From positions 1 through 39,288 of the forward strand of contig NW_021835386.1 of NCBI RefSeq assembly GCF_006345805.1: a stretch of 39,288 nt of DNA, written 5' to 3'. Each line of letters begins with the position of its first letter. Position 1 is the first letter of the stretch. This document shows, piece by piece, positions 10,977-23,436 of the stretch. Below the pieces are notes generated by a model. The model was not told where the DNA came from. It saw only the letters and a program-made list of their open reading frames with translations, and did no database searches. The DNA is from Octopus sinensis. Lineage: Eukaryota. The translations under genes were made by a program, and so were the position numbers.

Positions 10977-13082
10977 GTTTTTTCCTTCTTTCTTCAAATT
11001 TCTTTCCGTTTCTCGCTGAGTTTTTTCCATACATCTAGGGCAGAGAAGGTCATTGTATGCATTCCCAGATTACACGCGCAAATTAACAGAGAAAATATGT
11101 ATTTAAAAATTAATAAATAAATAAATTCATGGATGGATGTTATTTTCACAGCGATAGTGCTCTTCTCAGTACATGAGCCGTTCCAGTTAATACGATTTTT
11201 TGCACTTCCTGTAGGGATGGTAAGCCTGGAATCATTTTCAAATATGTTTCAGTAACTTTTTTTATCATTCCTAGAGATCCTACTATCACTGGTACTGTAG
11301 TCGCCTTGAGAATCCACATATCTTCAATTTCCATTAGCAGGTCTTTATATTTACTAATCTTGTCAAATTCTTTCGCCGCTATATTGTGATCACAGGGAAT
11401 ACTCATGTCAATTAATAAACACATCCTTTTTGTCTGATCTTTTATAATGATATCCGGTTTATTGGCTTTTATAGTCCTGTCGGTCTGCACGGGGAAGTCC
11501 CATAGAATCGATACATTTTCTCCCTCAGTCACAGCTTCAGGATGATATTTATACTATTTGTCAGTGGTTTTGATTGTATAATGCCGACATATTGTCCAAT
11601 GTAAATACTAGCCGACTCTGTCATGTCTTGCTTTATATTCTGCAGGTGCTAAGACTCTACACCCTGAGATTAGGTGGTCTATTGTTTCTAACTCATTGTT
11701 ACAGAATCGGCATTTTGTGTCAGCTCCATTTTCATCACATTGGCTTGGTAGTTCCGGGTAAATAAGCTTTGATCTTGAGCAGATAATATGAAACCTTCAC
11801 TCTCTGCTTTTAACCCTGAACTTCGTAACCACTGGTGCGTGTGTTTCTGGTCGACATCAGCTTGTTTGCTACGAGCCACATACTTGCCATGGAGAGGTTT
11901 CTGTTCCCAACTGCTAGCTAAATTTTCATGTGCTTTTGTCTTTGCAATTAATTTTATTTTCTTTGCGGCTGCAGTTGGCGCATTTCCTTCAGCCTGCTCA
12001 TCTGGTGGGTATCTAAGAGATCTGCAGCGAATTTTTGCTCTCTTTGAGAATAGAGTGAATTTTTTATGTCTTTCATGTTTTTAACAAGTTTTAGCATTCA
12101 ATCGTGGTTGCTTCAAGGTATTTGGCCAGTCCGATTGTGTGTGGTGGTTTTGTATGTAAGTTCAAGCTGGATAAAACCTCGACCTCCCTGAGCTCTGGGA
12201 AGGTGAGGCGATCCACGTCTGCTTTGGATGGTGCATCTTATTACAGTCAGTAGCTTGCGGAATTTCGGTCAATTTTCATTATTTCACTGGTATTCCAGTT
12301 AAGCACATTGAAGCTATAAAGAACAACTGGTACTGCTAAGAAGTTTATTGCTAAAACCTTAATATATGCATTCAGCTCAGACTTCAGGACTGCTCGGACT
12401 CTTCTATAACATTCTTTTCTAACCTTCTCTTTCATGCTTGCATGCTGGATACCAGAGCCTTCATTTATTCCCAGGTATTTATAGGTTTGTTCCTGCTCAA
12501 GTTCCTTTATTACTATTTCGACATCTAATTCGATTGAACTAGACTTTACCACTTTCCCTTTCTTAAAAGTGGCTTAGCACGCTTTTCAAAGCCAAACTCC
12601 ATCCTGATACCATCACTGAATTTCTTTTACTGTATGTAATAATCCTTCAAGCTCTTCATCATCTTTGCCATATAGCTTTAAGTCATCCATATAAAATAGA
12701 TGGCTTATTTCCTGTTGTCAATTTTGTAGCCATATCCTGTTCTATTCAGTTCACTTGAGAGTGGTATTAGTGCTATGCAGATATTAGTGGTGAATGGAAA
12801 TGAGTCACCTTGGAAAATTCCACAGTTTATGCTAATGTTGTTTGAGTGCAATACTCCATTAGAATGATATAATTGAAGCTTCGTGTTCCATAGGGACATA
12901 TTATACTTTAAAAAATCTGAAATCACAGGACAAATTTTGAAAATGTCCAGCGATTTCAGAATCCACGAATGTGGTATGCTGTCAAGGCTTTTTTATAATC
13001 AATCCATTGATGGCAGTTCTCAAGGATCATGCGATTATTAGGAGCTGATATTTGCATCCGTATGAGCCTCGTCTGCATCCTT
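10977..13082 (-). mobile_element. R4/Dong-clade LINE, subfamily A, 5'-truncated pseudogene (RT-CCHC-RLE)
   Basis: RT motifs AWIDYKKA.DSIP, GIFQGDS and HLFYMDDLKLYGKDD (12682-12693); zinc knuckle CRFCNNELETIDHLISGC; RLE ANKPDIIIKD..CLLIDMSIP (ORF 11146-11532). Multiple frameshifts. Confidence 0.92.
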
Positions 13083-13223
13083 TTTCTTCTTCTTCTTCTT
13101 CTTCTTCTTCTTCTTCTCTTATTATTATTATTATTATTATTATATTATTATTATTATTATTATATTATATTATTATTATTATTATTATTATTATATTATT
13201 ACTATTTTATTATTATTATATTA

Positions 13224-13259
<36 letters not shown>

Positions 13260-13292
13260 TATTATTATTATTATTAATTATTATCATAATAA
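13083..13292. repeat. (CTT)n/(ATT)n compound array
   Basis: Directly visible between R4 subfamilies A and B. Confidence 0.95.
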
Positions 13293-16200
13293 TTATTTCA
13301 CCTTCACTTCACTACCGAGCGCAGCTCTGTGTGCTTTGGGTATGTGCTGTGATTTGTTGTGATGCTCTGATGGTTATTGTATGGAAAGTGTTCTGCGTAG
13401 GATGTGTGCAGTGCTGGTAGGGCATTTTCTCTATGTTATATGTGTTTGTAAGTCCTGGTGTTTGTGTTATATTTGTCTGAATATTCTTTTATCATGCCTA
13501 ATGCACCTACTATGATAGGAATTGTTTCTGTTTTCAGATTCCACATTCTAGTTACCTCTATTTCCAGGTCTTTGTATTTTGAGAGTTTCTCCATTTCTTT
13601 TAGAGGACACGTTGTCATCAGCCGTATTGATACATCAATAGAAAGCATTTCTTTCTTCATGATCTCTGACAACTATGTCCGGTCTGTTGGCCTTTAATTT
13701 CTCTATCTGTGTGTATCGGCATATCCCAGGGTATGGTGCTTTCTCGTTTTCTGTGACCTTTTCGTTGTTGCCTACACCATCTTTTTTCTGTTGTTATTCC
13801 ATAATGTTGGCATAGCTTCCAGTGTATGTAGGTTCCAACTCAGTCATGTCTGTGAATATATTCCTTCTTAGCCAGGACTGGGCAGCCAGAGATAATATGA
13901 TTTATTGTTCTTGTCCATCTCCACATATTCTGCAGTTACTTGTATATTTCTTTTCATTACATGTTTTTGGTAATTTCTGGTGGGGAGGCTTTGGTCTGTG
14001 CTGCAATTAAAAATCCCTCTGCTCTGCTTTGAGTCTGAGCTTCTCAACCATTGCTGGAATTTTCTTTGTCTATTTCTTTTGCATTTAATTTGTCCAGTAT
14101 TTACCATGAAGGGGCTTTTCTTGCCATCGTTTTAACATGGTTCTTTGCTGTTCTAGTTTTAGTTTGGATTTCATTTGTTTTATGCTTTTGTTGTTTCTTC
14201 TTCTTCTTCTTCTTTCTTCTTCTCTTCTTCTTCTTCTTTCTTCTTCTTCTTTCTTCTTCTTCTTCTTCTTCTTCTTCTTCTTTCTCTCTTCTCTTCTTCT
14301 TCTTTTTCTTCTTCTTCATATTTATATGTGGTTGATTTTCTTGTTTGTATTTGTCAGCTTCCTTAAACAGTTTTTGTTTTGCTCGTGTTTTGTCGCTATT
14401 TGTATCCGTTTTCCTTCCTTCTGAAGCAGAAGATATTTTTCAGTCCTATGGTGGTTATTTATAGAGTTTTCCAGTTGTATAAGGCCTCTACCACCTTCTA
14501 TACGTTTGTATATAGTCTTTCTATGTCAGATTTTGGGTGATGAATCCTAGATCCTGTCATTATTTTTCTTGTTTTCCTATCTATTTTGGACAGTTCATTT
14601 AGTGTCCAGTTAAGGATATTGTAGCTGTAACTTATAACTGGGACAGCTAAAGTGTTAATACCCTATTATCTTATTTTTAGCATTGAGCTCTGTTTTTAGT
14701 ATTGATCTAACTCGTCTATAAATTCTTTTTTTATTTTCTCTTTCATTTGTGTGTGTTTTGTCTTATCTAGTTCATGGATTCCTAAGTATTTGTAAGTTTG
14801 GCTTTGGTCTAATTCTTTTATTTTCATTGGTTTTATCTAGTGTGATGTTGCTACTCTTAATTAGTTTTCCTCTTTTCAGGTTACTTTGGTGCATTTTTTC
14901 TAATCCAATTTCATATTCTATTTCTTGGTAAATTCATGAACTGTCTTTAATAGTGTTTCCAGCTGTTTGTCATTTGCAGCGTATAGTTTTAGGTCATCCA
15001 TATATAAAAGGTGGCCGATCGTTTTGCCGTAACATTTATATCCGCATCCAGTACTATTTAGCATATCAGATAGAAGAAGTGACAGTACCAAGAGAGAAAA
15101 GGAGTGGAGAGAGAGTGTCTCCCTGAAATATTCCTCTTTAATGGGGGATGGCTTTGATTTTCATGAGTCCCTCTTTGTTTGGAGCTGTAGCACTGTTTTG
15201 CCATTTATTCATAGAGTGTCCTATGAATTTAATGTTGGTTCTACTTTGTTAATGGCTAGTGTTTCGAGGATCCATGTGAGGGGATGCTATCAAACGCCTT
15301 TTTGTAGTCGATCCAGGCCATAATGAGGCCTTTCTTCTTTCTGTGGCTGTCTTCAGTTATGGCTTTATTAATCATTAGTTGATCTTTACAGCCATATGAG
15401 CCTTTGCGGCATCCTTTCTGCTCTTCTGGAAACAGGTTGTTTTCGACCAGGTGCTTGTTCAACCTTTGCGATATCACTGCAGTAAATGCCTTGTATATTG
15501 TAGGGAGACACGTTATTGGTCTGTAGTTTTCTGGTTTTGCTGTCTCATTTAATTTGGGAATTAAGATGGTTTCCCCTTCGTGAGCCATTCTGGCATCGTT
15601 TCTGGCTCTGCTAGTATGTTGTTAAAGTTTTCAGCCAGCTTTTTGTGCATTCCTGTTAGATATTTCAACCAGAAGTTGGGGATCTTGTCATGCCCAGGTG
15701 CCTCCCAGTTGCTTAGTCTTTGCAGTGCCTGGGTGACCTCTTCAGTTGTTATGGCGCTGGCGTTTCTCGTACCGGCAGATCCTTTGTGTTTTGGCAAGGA
15801 TTTTGCTTTAGTTTTTCTTTTATCTCAGGCAAATCTTTTTCTGTGATGTTGTATTTGCGGAGTATTTTTTTGTTTTCTTTTGGTGCTCAGTAGCGTTGAT
15901 TGTCTACTGATTTCATTTAGAATCGAAGAGATCTTTTCTCATTTTTTTTTGTATTTTGTTTTGGATGTTATTTATCCCAGGGTTTGTTTGGGTGGTGGTA
16001 CTACTGTTTGGATGGGTTGAGTGAATATCCAGCTTCTTTTGTGGCTACAGTGGCTGCTGCGTATACTAAGTCATTTAGCTCAGTGATATCGCTTTTTGTT
16101 TCAGTGGCTATTAGTTCAGTGACGGCTAGGTTTATGCTGTTTATAATTGATGTTGTTGTTTCGTCTATTTTGATTTTTGGGAGGTATGGTCGGTTGTCCA

Positions 16201-16668
16201 TCTGAGATCTGTGTTTTTCAGTTCTTTGATTATTCTACTTTTTATAGTATCATAATCATCAGGCTCCCTTTCGTTGTTTCCAGGTTTTACATTTGTGTCA
16301 CTTTGTTTCACGTTCGTATGTTTGTTTATCGTGTTTTGGCTTGCTGTTTGTAGTGTATTATTATGCATCCTTACGGTCTGGGTTTGTTGTTTTTTGTTTA
16401 CATCGTGTTTGTTGGTACGTTACGTTTGTCTTCGTGTTTTACTGTTTCAGTGTTTATATTATTAGGCATTGTTGTGTGGCTTCTATCTACATTTTCCTGA
16501 TGTATTTTTTTCTTTTAGATGTTCTATTTTTATTTCTGATATTTTGCGTTGAGAATGTATCTTCGTACGTTTGCTAGTTTATTAGGGTTCATTGTTGTAT
16601 CCAAGTCTATATTTATGTTATTTTCCTTCCATATTTTATATGTATATTTTATAAGTATATTTTATAAT
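13293..16668 (-). mobile_element. R4/Dong-clade LINE, subfamily B, near full length but disrupted
   Basis: N-terminal region ...NPNKLANVRRYILN..., ENYRPITCLPTIYK..., QKGCRKGSYGCKDQL, AWIDYKKAFDSIP, YMDDLKLYAAND (14993-15004), WQEKPLHGKY, CCHC region, RLE KLSKYKDLEIEVTRMW, and 3' UTR. Confidence 0.92.
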
Positions 16669-16723
16669 ATTTATTATTATTATTATATTATTATTATTAT
16701 TATTACTATTACTATTACTATTA

Positions 16724-16770
<47 letters not shown>

Positions 16771-16819
16771 TATTATTATTATCATTATCATTATTACTAT
16801 TGTTATTATTATTATTGTA

Positions 16820-16870
<51 letters not shown>

Positions 16871-16930
16871 GTTACTATTATTATTATTTTATTATTATTA
16901 TTATTATATTATTATTATTATATTATTGTC
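16669..16930. repeat. (ATT)n array
   Basis: Directly visible between the B 5' end and the D1 3' end. Confidence 0.95.
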
Positions 16931-18045
16931 ATTGTAAAGAAAGTTCTCTAACGCTGTATTATTGCATTTGCACAGCTTCTACGGTGTCAGCTGTTCACTA
17001 CCAGTGAACTAAGGTAACACTCCTTATTTTTCGAGCACCATCCGGAGTATTTGAGCGGTTCTCAGCAGTACTGTTTTCTGCAAGTGTCCTACTTCTATTG
17101 TAGCCCCTATTTGTTCCATCTATTTCTCAAAAGTTTTTTTTCCCAGGGCTCCGACAATTATTGGTACTACTACCTTTTTCATTGACTACAGCTGCTTAAC
17201 CTCCCAAGCTAACCTGTTATATCTATCGATTTTCTTTCTTTCTTATCACATATTTTGTTGTCAGCTGGGCATGATATTTCTTTTTTTTTTTCTTTTATCT
17301 TTACTGTTTCAGTCATTTGACTGCGGCCATGCTGGAGCACTGCCTTTAATCGAGCGACTCGACCCCGGGACTTATTATTTTGTAAGCCCAGTACTTATTC
17401 TATCGGTCTATTTTGCCGAACCGCTAAGTAACGGGGACATAAACATACCAGCATCGGTTGTCAAGCAATGCTAGGGGGACAAACACAGACACACAAAACA
17501 CACACATATACATATATACGACGGGTTTCTTTCAGTTTCCATCTACCAAATCCACTCACAAGGCTTTGGTCGGCCCGAGGCTATAGTAGAAGACACTTTC
17601 CCAAGGTGCCACGCAGTGGGACTGAACCCGGAACCATGTGGTTGGTTAGCAAGCTACTTACCACACAGCCACTCCTGTACCTATATCTATGATCCTGCAT
17701 AATTTGCTTTCTTTCTGAATTAGGATTATATCTGGCTTCCTATTCTTTATCTCATGGTCACACTGAATCATAAAATCCCATCGGATCTCTGCATTATCCT
17801 TTTCGATGATTGTCTTCGGGTTTATGGTCGTACCACTTTTTGGCTCTGTCAAGTCCATACTTGTTGCAAAGTGTCCAATGGACAAACCTTGCAATATTGT
17901 CATGATGCCTCATATACTTTCTTGGCAAATGGCGTACATTGACTGATAATATGTCATAGGGTTTCACCATTTTTTCCACAAATTCTGCACTTATTACTTT
18001 TTGGTTTGTTGTCTTCTCTGTATCTGATGTAATTGGACCATTTGT
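16931..18045 (-). mobile_element. R4/Dong-clade LINE, subfamily D, copy 1 (interrupted by a SINE)
   Basis: KCRICGKNGETL.HII, RHDNIARFVHW, and WDFMIQCDHEIKNRKPDIILIQKE..CRIIDI. The 3' UTR matches the 29081 copy (CAGCTGTTCACTACC.GTGAACTAAGGTAACAC). Confidence 0.88.
17292..17682 (-). mobile_element. tRNA-derived SINE, family 2, full length
   Basis: Minus A box TGGCTGTGTGG, B box GGTTCAGTCCC, CORE-like GGCACCTTGGGAAAGTG, and stem-loop tail. Confidence 0.92.
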
Positions 18046-18399
18046 TGTTGCCTGTTGTTACTGACTGGCAGTCGTGTACATTGAGGAAACTTTGAGGTCG
18101 GTAGAGTAATATGCTTCGGCTTTCTGCATGTGTTGTAGTGTGGCCTTCCACAAGAAAAGCGTAGTATATGGACAGACATAATACATGCATGAAAGGACCA
18201 GCCGATCTGAACATTTGTTAAACGCACGCAATTATCCATATATTGAAACTGTTATATCTTCTACTGTCGCACTGTCCCGTTGTCTCCTCCAGCCCCGATC
18301 TTTCAGGGGGGTAAATCAACTGTAGGCAACCCTATCCTAAAAGATCGGCTCATATATTTAAGTTGTTGAATAGATATGTACACACACACACTCACACAC

Positions 18400-18402
18400 A
18401 CC

Positions 18403-18450
<48 letters not shown>

Positions 18451-18578
18451 CAGGCAATATACCATCTCTATCAATAGTTATACAAGTGCATCTTCTCCCT
18501 GACTTATGGTCTTTTAGGCGACTCAACAAGAGTAATATATACATATACATACATACATACATACATACAAATACATAC

Positions 18579-18638
<60 letters not shown>

Positions 18639-18690
18639 TGTATGTATGTATGTATGTATGTATGTATGTATGTATGTATGTATGTATATG
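18400..18690. repeat. (TA)n and (TACA)n/(TATG)n microsatellites
   Basis: Directly visible. Confidence 0.9.
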
Positions 18691-20405
18691 AATATATGGA
18701 TGAGTCTATGTAAATATGATAAAGGGCGTACGCGTGTGTATAAATGATTGTGTATGTGCGCGTGTTCATGTTTGTACACATAGGCGTATGTGTATACTGG
18801 TGCAGGTGGGATATTGATGTGTGCCAAAAATCATTAGTTGTCATGAATCTGAACGTCATCCCCAGCGAGTAAGACTAACCCTCCTTTATTTCTCTATTCT
18901 TTGCCTTGTAACTTTTGTTAACAACGTCTTCTCAGTATATCTAACCCAGAAAAACATACTACAGTCATTCTTCATTCACCATCAATGTATTTGTCTACAA
19001 CCATTGTCATTTAGCTAAGCCTATGGTCGAAAAATCACATATGTAAATTAGAATCATACCAAGTCAACTTAGAAGGCATTTCTGCACTGTGTGGTGCATT
19101 GGAATTTATTATATCGTTCCACACCCACTAGAGAACAGTGCAGAATTATGTTGAAACGATACATTAGAGTTTATGTTTATGTTCCCACTAAGTACATACC
19201 ACATAAAAACAGAAAGCATTGACAGATAACACATGACAGATAATAGACATCAATCACATAACTACCAGCTGCGAGAGGTTTTCTACCAGATATTATATTG
19301 TCATGAGGTATAATGCAGTGGCCAGAACAGTCTGGAAGAGGATATCTACAGACGAAGAAGATTATATTAAGATCGATGTGTCAAAAGAATATTGGTGGAA
19401 ATTAGAAATTAAAATATCATTGGCCAGATATTGTGTGGGACAAAAGCCAGCGGTTGAATTCTGGTTAAGCACATCGTATACTTCCTCATAACTTATTTTG
19501 GGGGAATTTTTAGAAAATTCTATTATGAAAATTAGCTGCCCTCTGCACATCTATGTTGTTAATAACATACATACATACATACATACCTACATACATACAT
19601 ACATACATTAACATACATACATACATACAACATACATACATACATACATACCATGAGCATTCATAAAGTTTCTGTTTAACAATTTCCCTCATACGTGGTT
19701 GGTCGGTAAAAACAACAGTAAAGAAGTTCAAAGTATGAAAAGTATAATGTTTTTGGACATAGTCCTTCTTTAAATACTAAAGTAACATCTTGAAGATATT
19801 GTAAGGAGAACGGGAAAAAGAAAGGATATTATCAGGGAAATTTTTATAGGAGAGATTTATGAAAGAGACTATCCACTTAGAAAATCTGGCTGCAACTGAC
19901 AAAAGAACACAAGATGTAACCTTATTGTCCTCTGAAAACACGGACTATTTTCCTTATAAGAAATCTAAAATGAAAATGTATATTTTTATATATGTTTTTA
20001 ATGTTTTTCTTATTTCAGGAATGAAAAATTAGTGTTTAATATGTTGATTAATTAATAAATTAATTTGTATCCATTAGATCTCTCCAACAAACTATTTGAT
20101 ATCTTAGGATATACTGTATAATATATTCATTGAAGGATTATTTCTTCAAAATTTAATATATTAAACCAGTGTATCTTGGATAAATGTCCCAATAAGAGGT
20201 TTGAATATACCCTTGTGACTATATATATATATTATATATATACGAGTATGCATGTGTGTATATAACTACGTCTACAAACATACACACACGCACACGCATA
20301 CACAAACACACACACACATATATATATATATGCAGAGAGAGAGAGAGAGAAAATGGGAGATATAGACCATAGAATTTGAGACGTGGTGAAGGAGAGTGAT
20401 ATATA

Positions 20406-20446
<41 letters not shown>

Positions 20447-20543
20447 CATACATATATGTGGTGCTATTAAGTTAGACATGGCCTGGGCCAATAATGGCCG
20501 AAACCTATCAAAGTATCAAAGTATCAAAGTATATATATATATA

Positions 20544-20598
<55 letters not shown>

Positions 20599-21834
20599 AG
20601 ATATGGCAGCTCTTTCTCCATCTACATAGAAAACAACTGGAAGAGATATCTAGATGACTGTTTCATCCTTTGGCATAAAAATATAGAAAAACTCATAGAA
20701 TTCCAGAAAATTTTAAACGGACTGGACGTAAACATCCAATTCACGATGGAATATAGCCAACAACAATTCCCCTTCCTCGATATCCTCATTAAGAAAGCTA
20801 ATAATATAATAGAAACAGACATATACTATAAGCCTACAGACTCTAAGCAATATCTTCCATTCAATTCATGCCACCCCAGACACACCCGGATGAATATCCC
20901 CTTCAATCTAGCAAAAGGATATGCACTATAGTCTCCAACGCAAACACCAGAGACACACGACTACAAGAACTAAAAGATACCCTAATCACCAGGAACTATC
21001 CACCTTCACTTATTGACAAATGCATTCAACGTGCCTTCAACTTAACATCAAGAACTGAGACATCCCAAATCAAAGAAAAACTTACAACAAAAGCCTTACC
21101 ATACATCTCCACACACAACCCTCTCAATAACGAAGCCTTCGACACCATCCTCCACAACATACCCCTCCTAAAAAAAGACCACAGAATGAACACAATCCTC
21201 CAAACACACGATCATAAAAGCAAAAGACAGCCTAGATCCATGAAAAGTCTCCTTACACAAGCCCGAATTCACTCTTCAACACAGAAGCCGACAGTAAAAA
21301 AATGTGGAAGACCCAATTGCGGGATATGCGACTATCTAATCGAGGGTTCTGAGTTCTCCTTCAAACAGGGACAACGGTTTACAGTGAAAAGCAACTTCAC
21401 ATGTGCTTCGGAGAACCTAATATACTCACTAACCTGCTCCGGGTGTCAAGAGCAGTACATAGGCCAAACAAAAAATGGTTTGCCTAAACGAATGGCCCTG
21501 CACAGATCCCAGATAAAAATTCCCCAAAACAGAAAAATAGCTTTTAGCCAACACATAGATACTTGCGCCAACAAAAAACACCAAACTTCAGAATTTTTCC
21601 CCCTCTACCAATTTAGGGACGATACAACCTCGAGACAACGAATAAGTAAGAAAATCTCTTTATTACAAAATACAAGCCACTTCTTAACGGGTCTACGACA
21701 AACAATTAATATACCTCAACTTTAGAATAAAAGAAAAAATATATATACACACACAAAATACTACACTCCATAGAATCCATTACTAATCAGCCCCTTCATA
21801 GCTATATTTACACCCATTCATATTCTCCTTCTCT

Positions 21835-22072
21835 GTTTTTTCTTCTTCTTCTTCTTCCTCTTCTTCTTCATCATCATCATTATCATCATCATCGGCGTCA
21901 TCATCATCACCACCATCATCACCACCATCTTCTCCTTCTCCTCCTTCTTCTTCTTCTTCTTCCTTCATCATCATCATTATCATCATCATCGTCGTCATAA
22001 TCATCACCACCATCACATCATCGTCATCTTCTCCTTCTCTTTCTTCTTCTTCTTCTTCTTCTTCTTCTTCTC
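21835..22072. repeat. (CTT)n/(CAT)n compound microsatellite inside the PLE 3' region
   Basis: Directly visible. Confidence 0.9.
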
Positions 22073-22424
22073 CACCCCCCTACCCCTAAGTTTGTCACTA
22101 ATGTTTTTTAGTATAACACCTACGCTAATTCTATAAACAAGCCTGTCAATATAAATATTCTCCTGAATTGAACTGAGACTGCCAGCCGCCACTGACCATT
22201 CAAAATACGACCATCAGGGCACTCCCAGATTCTCCCACCCCCCTTTCCTCACCAGCCTTCCCTCTACTACCCTACCAAGAACTCACAACTACCTCGAACA
22301 CACAAGTGCAAACAAGGGAGTCAGAGAAAGCAGAATGCCTCTTAAATCTGAACACTACTATAGAAATATTCTTTTAAAAAAACTTTTCTTCTAATTTTTC
22401 TAAATTTAATTATTTAATCGTTAC

Positions 22425-22460
22425 AGTTGAAAAGGTCTCAAAATGACCGAAACCGGTACT
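22425..22460 (+). ncRNA. Minimal type I hammerhead-like motif in the PLE 3' end (core variant)
   Basis: UUGAAAA-GGUC(ucaaaau)GACC-GAAA-CCGG-UA: palindromic stem III, GUA site, only a 2-bp stem I. Confidence 0.5.
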
Positions 22461-23436
22461 CAAATGTTCACTATAAAATTATTTTAGCATTTTCTATTTT
22501 TTACTTGTTTTTTCATATATATATATATATATATATTCTATATATATATAGATATATATACATATATATACATTCATGTATATATTCACATACCCATGCA
22601 TATATATATATATATATACATATTATATATATAAAATACGTACAAACATATATCATACATATAGACATACCTCCATGCATACAACCTACAAACTCGAAGC
22701 AACAAAGTTATCAAGAAAACTCCTTATGCACACAGCCATGCCTGCGATTCACATGACCATGCTAAACCGTACGAGCTGTTCACGAAAACGCAGAGGAAAG
22801 GAAACACGAATTCTACCAACAAAATCTATTTTGGTAATAAGCAATATGTTCAATTTAGTAAAATAGAATGTGCAAGACAGGATACAGACAATAGCAAGTA
22901 AACTATTGACAGTATGTGCAATGCAGGAAAAGTTCCAAAATACGTAAATGTTAACGCGGCATTTACATCGTTATAATGCGCCCCAGTATGTGGCCTATTT
23001 TCTGATTTGGTTCTCAACAATTATATATAAATTTATTAACATATAAGGGAGTGGGTGAAAGACTAGTAAACGTTGTTTCTATTACGCTTACGAAGGGATT
23101 TGATTCTTTTTTTTTTTTTTTTTGAAAACTTTAAGGGCATAACTTAATTTAACTGCAAGCACGCACCGATTAATAAATGACTCCTCTCTCACTACTCTTC
23201 TCCCACACTCTCGTTCCCGCTTTTGTGTATCATGATATGTGAAATGAATATTTGATAAATTACAGCTGAGTATTGGTGCCTGTTATAATGTTGTTACAGA
23301 ATATCTCCGAAGATTGTGGAGAAATACTTGGGAAATTTAATGAAACTTTAGCTTACAACAATTCTCAATGATAGCGAAGATATTTCATTCTGTAGATGAA
23401 TAGAACAGCAAAATATCATTTGTAAGTCTTGAGGTA

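Larger units (their letters stand above)
20596..22510 (+). mobile_element. Penelope-like element, 5'-truncated: RT C-half, GIY-YIG endonuclease and 3' terminal region
   Basis: In frame from 20596: WKRYLDDCFILW (YLDD 20647-20658), FPFLDI and IYYKPTDSKQYL..SCHP.H. A 1-nt frameshift near 20915 precedes KCGRPNCGIC and LIYSLTCSGCQEQYIGQT...RMALH (GIY-YIG), with stop at 21725. (TA)n on both sides. Confidence 0.93.

Noticed and set aside
8820-13420. Many 60-150 aa ORFs rich in poly-I/Y/L/N
   Set aside because: They are translations of (ATT)n microsatellites, not genes. The same applies to ORFs over TA, GATA, TACA, CTT and GT tracts elsewhere.
18295-18348. CCGATCTTT/AAAGATCGG inverted repeat
   Set aside because: Short, with no TSD, second copy or functional motif visible.
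19200-19950. ORF 19303-19491 and faint YHWP integrase-like words
   Set aside because: Similarity too weak and fragmented to call.
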